The position numbers and the translations under genes are program-made. The notes beneath the pieces were generated by a model. That model worked only from the letters and a program-made list of their open reading frames with translations, searched no databases and was not told the DNA's origin. From contig CM059432.1 of the NCBI GenBank assembly GCA_030390025.1, positions 151,282,001-151,346,000 on the forward strand: DNA of 64,000 nucleotides, written 5' to 3'. This document shows, piece by piece, positions 1 through 11,072 of this stretch. This DNA comes from Squalus acanthias (lineage: Eukaryota). Numbering within the stretch: the first letter of the stretch is position 1; each line of letters opens with the position of its first letter.

Positions 1-195
1 TAAGGTAATATCAAATGGTTCAGCAAAGTGCTTGAGAGCAGAGTTATCAAGAAGATCAATAGCGGAATGGTCATGCAAAATCCAGATTGGTGGCCATGGA
101 TTAAGTCAGAGTTTTCAAGGTTACGGATAATTCAGCAGATCGCAGCAACTTCCATAGCTTTCAGCACCAATGTAAGAAAAGTAGGGCAATAACAA

Positions 196-268
196 CAGAA
201 AACGCTGGAAAAACTCAGCAGGCCAGGCAGCATCCGTGGAGAGAGAAACAGAGTTAACTTTTCAGGTT
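196..268 (-). mobile_element. Penelope-like element terminal-repeat fragment
   Basis: Reverse complement matches the 3' terminal sequence of the PLE at ~56460-56530 (ctgaaa..ttaactctg..tctctctccac....ctgctgag..tttccagc.ttttctg). Confidence 0.65.
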
Positions 269-455
269 GTATTTTGCTATCGTAAGAAAAGTAGGGCATT
301 AGTTTGAAAAGTAGGAGAGATAACTTTTCTTTTGAGGGCGAACATGATCAAATTTTCAAGGAGAGGTAGACTAGAGAAATTGAAAATTGCAGAAAACAGG
401 AGTAAGTTTGGACATACATTTGACGGATGAACCATCGGCCTCATTGGAGTTTTTT

Positions 456-793
456 TAATATATGCTTTCTTGAGATGTGGGCGTCACTGGCAGGATCCGC
501 ATTTATTGTCATTCCTAGTTGCTTGCGAGGTCACTTCAGAGGGCAGTTAAGAGTCAACCATGTTGGTGTGGGACTGGAGTCACAGATAGGCCAGACTGGG
601 TAGGACAGTAGGTTTCTTCCTAAAGAACATCAGTGAACCAATCAGGTTTTTATGACAATCCAACAGCTTCATAATCACTGAATTCAAATTCTCAAACTAC
701 CATGGTGGGATTTGAACTCATACTTTCTGGATTATTTGCTCAAGCTTCTGAGATGAACTAGTCCAGTAATATAACCACTACACTGCCATTCCC
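456..793 (-). mobile_element. tRNA-derived SINE (Meta-domain-like core) with LINE-derived 3' tail
   Basis: Minus-strand tRNA-like head (A box ~775-790; B-box-like gagttcaaatccc ~706-720). Central ...ggttcactgatgttctttaggaagaaacc...gtgactccagtccc...ggttgactcttaactgccctctg core. The 3' tail (~470-520) matches the 3' end of the LINE at 20295 and 36205. Family assignment is from memory. Confidence 0.65.
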
Positions 794-1221
794 ATTGTTC
801 AGAGAACAAAGGATCAGATAGAGCTAGTAGAGGTAAAACAGGGTGTCGCTTATAATGGTTGATCAGAATTAAGGTTCTTTGTTAAAACCTTTGAGATCGA
901 AGTTGGAGAAGAAAAGCAAGCAAATAACTAGACTTTCTGTTTTGGAGAACTAGTATTGGCACCGGCAGGATGAAAGGGAGGGGAAAGGAGGATTCACATA
1001 ACTCCCAAGAGACAGCTTTGGCGGGGGAGCAGGGAGCAGGCTCTGCAGGCTCGGGTAGCAGACGGCAGTTGATGTGTCTTTTCAATGAAGCTGTATTTAG
1101 CCGCTCTAATCTAAATTTACAGAGGTTACAAGCAGAGGTAAAGTTGTCTTGAGATACCTCAGACTGACCAAGATGCAAATGTAGCCTTTTCACAAGCAGA
1201 ACAGCTGGCATAATTCAACCA

Positions 1222-3130
1222 AGATAAGAACATAAGAACATAAGAAATAGGAGCAGGAGTCGGCCATTCGGCCCTTCGAGCCTGCTCCGCCATTCAATAA
1301 GATCATGGTTGATCTTCTGCCTCAACTCCATTCACCGGCCATATCGCCATATTCCTTGATGCCCTTACTAGTCAGAAATCTATCGACTTCTGTTTTGAAT
1401 ATACCCAATGACTGAGCCTCCACAGCCCTCTGGGGTAGAGAATTCCAAAGATTCACCACCCTCTGTGCGAAGAAATTTCTTCTCATCTCAGTCCTGAATG
1501 GCCTACCCTTTATCTTGAGGCTGTGGCCCCTGGTTCTAGACTCCCCAGCCAAGGGAAACATTCTCCAGCATCCACCCTATCAAGCCCTGTAATAATTTTG
1601 TATGCTTCAATGAGATCCCCTCTCATTCTTCTGAATTCAAGAGAATACAGGCCTAGTTTACTCAATCTCTTCTCATACGACAGTCCAGCCATCCGAGGAA
1701 TCAATCTCGTGAACCTTCGTTGCACTCCCTCTATGGCAAGTATATCCTTCCTTAGGTAAGGAGACCAAAATTGTACACAGTACTCCAGGTGTGGTCTCAC
1801 CAAGGCCCTATATAATTGGAGTAAGACTTCTTTACTCCTGTACTCAAATCCTCTTGTAATGAAGGCCAGCATACCATTTGCCTTCCTAATGGCTTGCTGC
1901 ACCTGCACATTCACTTTCAGTGACTCATGTACAAGGACACCCAGGTCCCTTTGAGCATCTGCATTCCCCAATTTTTCACCATTTAGGAAATACTCTGCCT
2001 TTCTGTTTTTTCTACCAAAGTGGATAACTTCACATTTATCCACATTATAATCCATCTGCCATGTTCTCGCCCACTGTCGAGATCCCCTTGAAGCCTCTTC
2101 ACATCCTCTTTGCAACTGACACTGCCACCTAGCTTTGTGTCATCAGCAAATTTGGAAATGTTACATTTAGTCCCCTCATCCAAATCATTAATATAGATTG
2201 TGAGTAGCTGGGGCCCAAGCACCGATCCTTATGGTACCCCACTAGTCACAGCCTGCCATCCTGAAAAAGACCCGTTTATCCCTACTCTTTGTTTTCTGTC
2301 TGTTAACCAATTCTCAATCCATACTAGTATATTACCCTCAATTCCATGTGCCCTAATTTTGTTCACCAACCTCTTGTGTGGGACCTTATCGAAGGCCTTC
2401 TGAAAATCCAAATACACCACGTCTACTGGTTCCCTTTTCTCCAAGCCACTAGTTACATCCTCAAAGAACTCCCAATAGGTTTGTCAAACAGGACTTCCAT
2501 TTCATAAATCCATGGTGACTCTACCCAATCTTACTATTAGTTTCTAAGTGCCCAGTTATTGCATCCTCTATAATAGATTCCAGCATTTTCCCAACTACTG
2601 ATGTGAGGCTAACAGATCTGTAGTTCCCCGTTTTCTCTCTCCCTCCTTTCTTAAATAGCGGGGTTACATTTGCTATCCTCCAATCTGCAGGAACCATTCC
2701 AGAATCTATAGAATTTTGGTAGATGACAACCAATGCGTCCACTATCCCAATGGCCACCTCTTTCAAAACCCTAGGATGTAGGTCATCCGATCCTTGAGAT
2801 TTATCGACTTTTAATCCCATTAATTTTGCTAGTACTGTTTTTTTACTAATAAAAATTTCTTTAAGTTCCTCATTCTCGCCACACCCTTGGTTTTCTCGTA
2901 TTTCTGGGAGTATTTTTGTGTCTTCCTCCGTGAAGTCAGAAACAAAGTATTTATTTAATTTCCTTGCCATTTCCTCATTCCCAATTCCCCATTATAAATT
3001 CTCCCATCTCTGACTGTAAAGGACTTACATTTACCTTCACCAGTCTTTTCTTTTTCACATACCTATAGAAGCTTTTACAATCCGTTTTTATATTTTTCGC
3101 TAGTTTCTGCTCATATTCCATTTTCCCTTT
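1222..3130 (-). mobile_element. CR1 LINE, 5'-truncated, frameshifted ORF2 (RT region)
   Basis: ORF fragments with [54 protein letters not shown]; (TTCTTATG)n tail at the left end. Confidence 0.95.
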
Positions 3131-3228
3131 CTATATAGAGATAGAGCAGCCCAGATCTGACAGACGGGGAAGAGTGAAGTATAAAGTTTTTAATGCCAGC
3201 TAGAATAATATCAGATATTTACTGATGC

Positions 3229-3972
3229 AGATGGAAGGGTCAGAGGAGTGCTAGATGGAAGGGTCAGAGGAGTGCTAGATGGAAGGGTCAGAGGAGTGCT
3301 AGATGGAAGGATCAGCGGAGTGCTAGATGGAAGGATCAGCGGAGTGCTAGATGGAAGGGTCAGAGGAGTGCTAGATGGAAGGGTCAGAGGAGTGCTAGAT
3401 GGAAGGGTCAGAGGAGTGCTAGATGGAAGGGTCAGAGGAGTGCTAGATGGAAGGATCAGCGGAGTGCTAGATGGAAGGATCAGCGGAGTGCTAGATGGAA
3501 GGGTCAGAGGAGTGCTAGATGGAAGGGTCAGAGGAGTGCTAGATGGAAGGGTCAGAGGAGTGCTAGATGGAAGGGTCAGAGGAGTGCTAGATGGAAGGGT
3601 CAGAGGAGTGCTAGATGGAAGGGTCAGAGGAGTGCTAGATGGAAGGGTCAGAGGAGTGCTAGATGGAAGGATCAGCGGAGTGCTAGATGGAAGGATCAGC
3701 GGAGTGCTAGATGGAAGGGTCAGAGGAGTGCTAGATGGAAGGGTCAGAGGAGTGCTAGATGGAAGGGTCAGAGGAGTGCTAGATGGAAGGGTCAGAGGAG
3801 TGCTAGATGGAAGGGTCAGCGGAGTGCTAGATGGAAGGGTCAGCGGAGTGCTAGATGGAAGGGTCAGAGGAGTGCTAGATGGAAGGGTCAGCGGAGTGCT
3901 AGATGGAAGGGTCAGAGGAGTGCTAGATGGAAGGGTCAGAGGAGTGCTAGATGGAAGGGTCAGAGGAGTGCT
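3229..3972. repeat. 24-bp minisatellite, left arm (31 units of AGATGGAAGGGTCAGAGGAGTGCT)
   Basis: 744 bp = 31 x 24; variant units (GATCAGCG, GGTCAGCG) are interspersed. Confidence 0.98.
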
Positions 3973-4344
3973 CGATGGGAGGGGGAACAATCACAAGTCG
4001 TGGTACACATCGGTACCAACGACATAGGTAGGAGAAGGGACGGGGATTTAAAACAGGAATTTAGGGAGCTAGGTTGGAAGCTGAGAGCCAGTACAAACCA
4101 TGTTGTAATTTCTGGTTTGTTGCCGGTGCCACGTGCTAGCGAGTTGAGGAACAGGGAGAGAGTGCAGATAAACACGTGGCTGCAGGGATGGTGTAGCGGG
4201 GAGGGTTTCAGTTATGTGGATAATTGGAGCACATTCTGGGGAAGGTGGGACCTGTACAAACAGGACGGTTTGCACCTGAACCAGAGGGGCACCAATATCC
4301 TGGGAGGGAAATTTGCTACGGCTCTTCGGGCGGGTTTAAACTAA
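3973..4344 (+). CDS. CR1 ORF1 C-terminal part (SGNH esterase-like), 5'-truncated
   Basis: [23 protein letters not shown] motifs; ends GGT TTA AAC TAA. Confidence 0.9.
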   Translation, partial: RWEGEQSQVVVHIGTNDIGRRRDGDLKQEFRELGWKLRASTNHVVISGLLPVPRASELRNRERVQINTWLQGWCSGEGFSYVDNWSTFWGRWDLYKQDGLHLNQRGTNILGGKFATALRAGLN

Positions 4345-7241
4345 TTTGTCAGGGGGATGGGAAAAAGGGCTGTAGTCCAGGAGCCAGTGGTGAGTGTAGG
4401 GAGGTACTGAGGAGGGTATCAAGGTCGCAGGAATGTACCGGCAGACAGGAAGATGGCTTGAAGTGTGTCTACTTCAATGCAAGGAGCATCCGGAATAAGG
4501 TAGGAGAACTTGGAGCGTGGATTGGTACTTGGGACTACGATGTGGTGGCCATTACGGAGACATGGTTAGAACAGGGACAGGAATGGTTGTTGGAAGTTCC
4601 GGGGTATAGATGTTTCAGTAAGAGTAGGGAAGTTGGTAAGAAAGGTGGAGGAGTAGCATTGTTAATCAAGGATAGTTTAACAGCAGCAGAAAGGCAGTTC
4701 GAGGGGGATTTGCCGTCTGAGGTAATATGGGCTGAAGTTAGAAATAGGAAAGGAGCGGTCACGTTGTTAGGAGTTTTCTACAGGCCCCCAAATAGTAATA
4801 GAGATGTGGAGGAAGAAATTGCAAAGCAGATTATGAATAGGTGTGGAGGTCACAGAGTAGTTGTCATGGGTGACTTCAACTTTCCAAATATTGATTGGAA
4901 CCTTTATAGGTCAAACAGTTCGGATGGGATAGTTTTTGCACAGTGTGTGCAGGAGGGTTTCCTGACACAATATGTGGATAGGCCGACAAGATCTGGGGCC
5001 ACGTTGGATTTGGTACTGGATAATGAACCGGGCCAAGTGTTTGATTTGTATGTGGGAGAGCACTTTGGAGATAGTGACCACAATTCGGTAACTTTCACTA
5101 TTGCAATGGAGAGGGATAGGGCCATACGGCAGGGCAGGGTTTATAATTGGGGGAGGGGTAATTATGATGCGATTAGGCAAGAATTAGGGAGTATAAGATG
5201 GGAACAGAAACTATCAGGGAAAGGCACAAACGAAAAGTGGAGCTTTTTCATGGAGCATTTACTGCGTGTCCTTGATAGGTATGTCCCTGTCAGGCAGGGA
5301 GGAAATGGCCGAGTGAGAGAACCATGGTTCACAAAAGAGGTTGAATGTCTAGTCAAGAGGAAAAAGGAAGCGTATGTAAGGATGAGAAAACAAGGTTCAG
5401 TTGGGTCGATTGAGGGGTACAAGGTAGCAAGGAATGAGCTAAAAAAAGAGCTTAGCAGAGCTAGGAGGGGGCATGAGAAGTCCTTGGCGGGTCGGATCAA
5501 GAAATACCCCAAGGCCTTTTACTCTTATGTGAGAAATAAAAGAATGACCAGGGTGAGGGTAGGGCCGGTCAAGGACAGTAGTGGGAACTTGTGCATGGAG
5601 TCAGAAGAGATAGGAGAGGTGATGAATGAATACTTTTCGTCAGTGTTCACCGAGGAGAGGGGCCATGTTCTTGAGGATGAGAGTGTGATAAAGGTGGATA
5701 GGCTGGAGGTGGTAGATGTTCTGAGGGAAGATGTTTTAGCAATTTTGAAGAACCTGAGGGTCAATAAGTCCCCTGGGCCAGATGGGATATATCCTAGGAT
5801 TCTTTGGGAGGCAAGGGAGGAGATTGCAGAGCCTCAGGCTTTGATCTTTGGGTCCTCACTGTCCACGGGGATGGTGCCAGAGGACTGGAGAGTGGCGAAT
5901 GTTGTTCCTCTCTTCAAGAAAGGAAATAGGAATGACCCTGGTAATTATAGGCCGGTTAGTCTTACTTCGGTGGTTGGTAAGATAATGGAAAAGGTCCTGA
6001 GGGATAGGATTTATGACCATTTGGAAAGGGGCAACTTAATCAGGGAAAGTCAACACGGATTCGTGAAGGGTAAGTCTTGCCTAACAAATTTGATTGAATT
6101 CTTTGAGGAGGTAACTAAGTGTGTAGATGAAGGTAGAGCAGTTGATGTCGTATACATGGATTTTAGTAAGGCGTTTGATAAGGTTCCCCATGGTCGGCTC
6201 ATGAAGAAAGTAAGGAGTTGTGGGATAGAGGGAAATTTGGCCGATTGGATAAGTAACTGGCTATCTCATAGAAGGCAGAGGGTGGTGGTGGATGGAACAT
6301 TTTCGGACTGGAGACCAGTTACCAGCGGTGTGCCACAGGGGTCGGTGCTGGGTCCTCTGCTGTTTGTGATTTTTATCAATGACTTGGAGGAGGGGACTGA
6401 AGGATGGATCAGTAAATTTGCTGATGACACCAAGATTGGTGGAGCAGTGGATGAGGTGGAGGGCTGTTGTAGGCTGCAAAGAGATATTGATAGGATGCAG
6501 AGCTGGGCCAAAAAATGGCAGATGGAATTTAACCCTGATAAGTGCGAGGTGATTCATTTTGGTAGGGCAAATTTGAATAAGGATTACAGGGTCAACGGCA
6601 GGGTTCTGAGGAACGTGGAGGAGCAGAGGGATCTGGGGGTTCATATCCACAGATCTCTGAAGGTTGCCACTCAAGTGGATAGAGCAGTAAAGAAGGCCTA
6701 TGGTGTGTTGGCGTTTATTAACAGAGGGTTTGAGTTTAAGAACCGTGAGGTTATGCTGCAAATGTACAGGACCTTGGTGAGACCACATTTGGAATATTGT
6801 GTGCAGTTCTGGTCACCTCACTATAGGAAGGACATGGAAGCATTGGAAAGAGTGCAAAGGAGATTTACCAGGATGCTGCCTGGTTTGGGGGGGAGGTCTT
6901 ATGAGGAAAGATTGAGGGAGTTGGGGCTTTTCTCTTTAGAGCGGAGGAGGATGAGAGGCGACTTAATAGAGGTTTATAAGATGATGAGGGGGATAGATAG
7001 AGTGGATGTTCAGAGACTATTTCCTCGGGTAGAGGCAGCTGTTACAAGGGGGCATAACTATAAGGTGCATGGGGGGAGATATAGAAGGGATGTCCGAGGT
7101 AGATTCTTTACTCAGAGAGTGGTTGGGGTGTGGAATGGACTGCCTGCTGTGATAGTGGAGTCGGACACTTTAGGAACTTTCAAGCGATTATTGGATAAGC
7201 ACATGGAGCACACCAGAGTGATAGGGAGTGTGATAGCTTGA
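4335..7241 (+). CDS. CR1 ORF2 (APE endonuclease + reverse transcriptase), uninterrupted
   Basis: Open frame 4224-7241 with YFNARS, ITETW, YRPP, MGDFN, SDH (APE) and [21 protein letters not shown] (RT). No in-frame ATG before ~4833; start placed at the inferred frameshift site. Confidence 0.95.
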   Translation, partial: FKLICQGDGKKGCSPGASGECREVLRRVSRSQECTGRQEDGLKCVYFNARSIRNKVGELGAWIGTWDYDVVAITETWLEQGQEWLLEVPGYRCFSKSREVGKKGGGVALLIKDSLTAAERQFEGDLPSEVIWAEVRNRKGAVTLLGVFYRPPNSNRDVEEEIAKQIMNRCGGHRVVVMGDFNFPNIDWNLYRSNSSDGIVFAQCVQEGFLTQYVDRPTRSGATLDLVLDNEPGQVFDLYVGEHFGDSDHNSVTFTIAMERDRAIRQGRVYNWGRGNYDAIRQELGSIRWEQKLSGKGTNEKWSFFMEHLLRVLDRYVPVRQGGNGRVREPWFTKEVECLVKRKKEAYVRMRKQGSVGSIEGYKVARNELKKELSRARRGHEKSLAGRIKKYPKAFYSYVRNKRMTRVRVGPVKDSSGNLCMESEEIGEVMNEYFSSVFTEERGHVLEDESVIKVDRLEVVDVLREDVLAILKNLRVNKSPGPDGIYPRILWEAREEIAEPQALIFGSSLSTGMVPEDWRVANVVPLFKKGNRNDPGNYRPVSLTSVVGKIMEKVLRDRIYDHLERGNLIRESQHGFVKGKSCLTNLIEFFEEVTKCVDEGRAVDVVYMDFSKAFDKVPHGRLMKKVRSCGIEGNLADWISNWLSHRRQRVVVDGTFSDWRPVTSGVPQGSVLGPLLFVIFINDLEEGTEGWISKFADDTKIGGAVDEVEGCCRLQRDIDRMQSWAKKWQMEFNPDKCEVIHFGRANLNKDYRVNGRVLRNVEEQRDLGVHIHRSLKVATQVDRAVKKAYGVLAFINRGFEFKNREVMLQMYRTLVRPHLEYCVQFWSPHYRKDMEALERVQRRFTRMLPGLGGRSYEERLRELGLFSLERRRMRGDLIEVYKMMRGIDRVDVQRLFPRVEAAVTRGHNYKVHGGRYRRDVRGRFFTQRVVGVWNGLPAVIVESDTLGTFKRLLDKHMEHTRVIGSVIA

Positions 7242-7325
7242 TCTTGGTCTCGGACAATGCTCGGCACAACATCGAGGGCCGAAGGGCCTGTACTGTGCTG
7301 TACTGTTCTATGTTTCTATGTTTCT

Positions 7326-7875
7326 ATGGAAGGGTCAGCGGAGTGCTAGATGGAAGGGTCAGAGGAGTGCTAGATGGAAGGGTCAGAGGTGTGCTAGATG
7401 GAAGGGTCAGCGGAGTGCTAGATGGAAGGGTCACAGGAGTGCTAGATGGAAGGGTCAGAGGAGTGCTAGATGGAAGGGTCAGAGGAGTGCTAGATGGAAG
7501 GGTCAGAGGAGTGCTAGATGGAAGGGTCAGAGGAGTGCTAGATGGAAGGGTCAGAGGAGTGCTAGATGGAAGGGTCAGAGGAGTGCTAGATGGAAGGGTC
7601 AGAGGAGTGCTAGATGGAAGGGTCAGAGGAGTGCTAGATGGAAGGGTCAGAGGAGTGCTAGATGGAAGGGTCAGAGGAGTGCTAGATGGAAGGGTCAGAG
7701 GAGTGCTAGATGGAAGGGTCAGAGGAGTGCTAGATGGAAGGGTCAGAGGAGTGCTAGATGGAAGGATCAGCGGAGTGCTAGATGGAAGGGTCAGCGGAGT
7801 GCTAGATGGAAGGGTCAGAGGAGTGCTAGATGGAAGGGTCAGAGGAGTGCTAGATGGAAGGGTCAGAGGAGTGCT
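7326..7875. repeat. 24-bp minisatellite, right arm (~23 units)
   Basis: Same unit as 3229-3972; resumes directly after the CR1 tail. Confidence 0.98.
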
Positions 7876-8169
7876 GGTAGCAGTTGGACAAGGAAGAAGT
7901 AACAAACAATTTTCGCCAAATATCTCCAGCGAGCACAGTGGCCAGGATAGTGCCTGTTGTTCAGGCACCAGTGGGAGTGCTGCTGTTTGGATGGTGCCTG
8001 ATGAACTGACCTCGTGGCACAAAGCGCTGTCAGCTTATTCAAATAAATTGTCGGCATTCCCAGAGCACAGTGTTTGATGTACGAGGAGCAAGAAACGATC
8101 AGTGAATCCAATGCCAGCAGCTTTTAAAATGCTGCTGATTACCCTTGAAGGTGCCTTGCTACTGAATAG

Positions 8170-8365
8170 AGAGAGAAATGGCTGAAGCAAGGGCACTGCA
8201 TAGAATTGATCAATTGAGTGAAGCAGCTTTAGAGGTGATCCTGCAGAAGGTCATAAAATAAATTTTACACAGGTTGTTTTTCTTGGAGCTGACGGCCACA
8301 ACTGGTGAAGGCTAATGCCAGAGCAGCCTGGGTAGAAGTGGAAGGAAGAGTAAATACTGGGCAAC
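8170..8365 (+). pseudogene. Decayed Harbinger-type Myb/SANT exon remnant
   Basis: Interrupted frames read LSEAALEVILQKV...LFF...AAWVEVEGRVN, resembling FTERALDALVGAV...ILFP...VWREVAQSV of the neighbouring intact gene. Confidence 0.4.
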
Positions 8366-8940
8366 AAGCTGAGAGGATGGGGGAACGGGGGCGCAGGGGA
8401 GAAAGAGATATGCTGGCTTCAGAAAAGTTGTCAAAGGAGAAATCCTCACAATTTGCCTTACCGCACTTTATTGGCAGAGCATCACAGAGGGAGAATTGAC
8501 AGCCCTCTGTCAGCTGTCCGTGTACTGTCGAAATGCATCGGCATGTTTCACCAAGACGCTCTCCACAGCTGCCAGCACAATGGGGGAAAAATTAGGTCGC
8601 GCCCCGTTTGGGGCGCAAATATCGTCTGGACGCAAATATTAGCGCCTGGCGCTAATTATCGCCACTGACTGTAAACTTCACTTTTACCGCCCCGGGAGGT
8701 GAGTGGAGCGCTAAATCAGGCGCTGCACACCTGTCTTAAGGCGCAAAGGCCGAGCAGTGAGGCACTAACTCAGCGCGCGAGCGCAGCGCAGCTGCTGCCA
8801 GTTAGCGAGGGAACACAGACACACTGGCGCCGGCCAGTTCTTAAAGCGGGGGGGGCCAACTTGCTCCCCAGCCACACCCTGCTCATTGCAGCCTTGAATC
8901 TCGGCCTGGAGAGACCTGTGAATCCATTTTGCTGCCAAGG

Positions 8941-10760
8941 ATGGAGAGGGTGAGAGAACGAGCTCATCGCTTCACCGAGCGGGCCTTGGATGCTCTGGTT
9001 GGCGCGGTGGAGCGCAGAAGATGTATACTCTTCCCTGAGAGTGGCAGGAGGCCTTTGCCACGCGAGTACAGAAGAGTGTGGAGGGAGGTGGCTCAGAGCG
9101 TCTCCTCCAGGAGCATGGTGCCCAGGACCCATGTTCAATGCCGCAAAAAGTTCAACGACCTCACTCGGGTCGTCAGGGTGAGTGGCTTTTTCTCAATACC
9201 TCTCCATCCCTCCATCTCAACCTCACTCTATGGCCAGAGGGTCTTAAAACCACAATGCACAACACTCATCCAACACCTATGGCCCTTTCATGAAACACAC
9301 ACACACATTCCACACTTTGCATACAGTAAGGGCTATTCACCTATGGGAGGCACATCAGGCAAGACCATGGCTGTATACAGTAAGGGCTATTCACCTATGG
9401 GAGGCACATCAGGCAAGACCATGGCTGTATATTTACTCAGATGCTGTCCTTTTTCTTGCAGGCCAAGCTGGCGCATAATCGGAGACAGCAGCAACGGACA
9501 GGTGGAGGGCGGCCTCAGCTGCAACCCCTCAGCGATCTTGAGGAGCGCGTCCACAGGATTGTGGCAAGCCGGGTGATCGGTCCCGTCGCCACTGGAGACG
9601 CCGACCCCGTTCTGGACAGCAATGGTAAGGTCATCACCTTTTTGTCCTCTGTCCTTCCACTTGTCCCTCACAACACCAGCCTTTGACACTTTCAATCCAA
9701 CTTGCTAACTCGCTGCACTTATTCCTCCCTTACTGCCACCCTGTCCTCACGCTAAAGCCACTCTTGTACCTCCCTGCTTTCAGATGGTGATTCACCAGCT
9801 GAGGAGACGGGCCCTGAAGCTGCCACTGGGAGTGAAGCTGCAGCCGAGGAGGAAGAGGAAGCCGGAGCATCAGTGCCACCCTCTCCCGAGGAAGCCCATG
9901 CCCACACTGGGAACACGCCTTCCCTGGAGGGGAGCAGGGGGGAAGGGTCTGATGAGGGTGAAGCTCCAGGACCCAGCAGGCTGCAGCAACGCCATGGGGG
10001 TAGGGAAGAACGGGGGCCTTCTCCCCAGAGGGAGAGTATGCCAGAGACTCCTACTGCAATGGACGCAGAGGAGGAGCGGCTGATCGCAGAAATGAACACC
10101 CAGGCGGTGGGCATGCACGCTGAGCTCATGGGTGCAGTGGGAAGGGTGCCCGAATGCATTGAGTCACTGGCAAGGAGTGTGGAGCACTTCGCTGTAGCAC
10201 AGGCGGATGCCACACTAACGCTTAGTGCTGCAATTCCGTCACTAGCTGCCGTGATCCCATCTCTGACTGCTCTCATGCAGACTCAGATTGAGGCCACGCG
10301 AGCACAGACTGCTGCCAACCTCGATGGTTCGTTCACATGTCCCCGAGGCTCTCACCGCGCCGCAGCAGGCCAGCAATCTGTTCTCCAGCAGATTGCTCCG
10401 GATGCTGAAGTGCTGCCCCGTAGGAGTGCCAGTGTGTCGGGCGAGCAGGGAGTTGCTGTCCTCTCTCACGATGACAGCATTCCTGCTGCCAACACTGTCA
10501 CTTCTCCACTGCACTTGCCACCGCCTGTAGGACAGACTGCTGCCGCCCATACAGAGTTGGTGCAGTCTGCAGCCGGGCCCTCCAGGCCCAGAACTGGTCG
10601 AGGCCGTCCTTCAGGGGCATCTGCAGTGTCAGGGTCTGACGATCAGCAGCCTTCCACCAGCCTTGCTGCAGCCACTGAGGTCCCATTACGGAGGAGCAGT
10701 AGGGTTAGAAGGGGGGAAGTGCGCAAGGGAAGGAGATCACCCTCGAAGGGCAAAAAGTAG
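8941..10760 (+). CDS. Harbinger Myb/SANT-like (trihelix) DNA-binding protein; exons 8941-9177, 9462-9624, 9784-10760 (458 aa)
   Basis: RFTERALDALV..W.EVA..V..RTHVQCRKKFNDL motif. GT-AG introns (gtgagt 9178 / ttgcag 9461; gtaagg 9625 / tttcag 9783) join in frame with no stop. Basic C-terminus (NLS-like). Confidence 0.88.
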
Positions 10761-11072
10761 GAGGTGTGACAAAATGCTGGTCATTTTTTTATTAAAGGCC
10801 GAGGTTCGTGGTCCAACTTTTGTTTAGTGTTTTGGACATTATCTCCAGGTTGTGAGAACCAGTTATGTTATTGACTGTTTTTTTGTGTTTATTTCTATGA
10901 GTTTGTCAAGAGGAAATGACACACACAGAGTTTGTAAAATAAATAAGTTTTTGTATTCAAAATATACATGGTTGGTGGTTGGAATTATTGGTGCCTTGGC
11001 CGGCTTAGGGTTTGCGTGCTGGGTTCATTGATGTTGTTAGCAATGGCAGAAGCCATTTCCACAGCAGGGGCC

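Larger units (their letters stand above)
3973..7325 (+). mobile_element. Young CR1 LINE, 5'-truncated within ORF1, inserted in the minisatellite
   Basis: ORF1 C-terminal SGNH esterase, intact ORF2, 3' UTR stem-loop and (TATGTTTC)n tail; flanked on both sides by the same 24-bp array. Confidence 0.97.

Noticed and set aside
3229..7875. CRISPR array, or telomere-like array next to an RT
   Set aside because: The repeats are head-to-tail with no unique spacers, the unit is not telomeric, and the enclosed ORF is a typical CR1 APE-RT.
3211..8077. Long repetitive ORFs (LPSSTPLT)n, (LDGRVRGV)n and (SARWKGQR)n as mucin- or LRR-like genes
   Set aside because: By-product of a 24-bp unit that lacks stops in several frames on both strands; no splice context; interrupted by a LINE.
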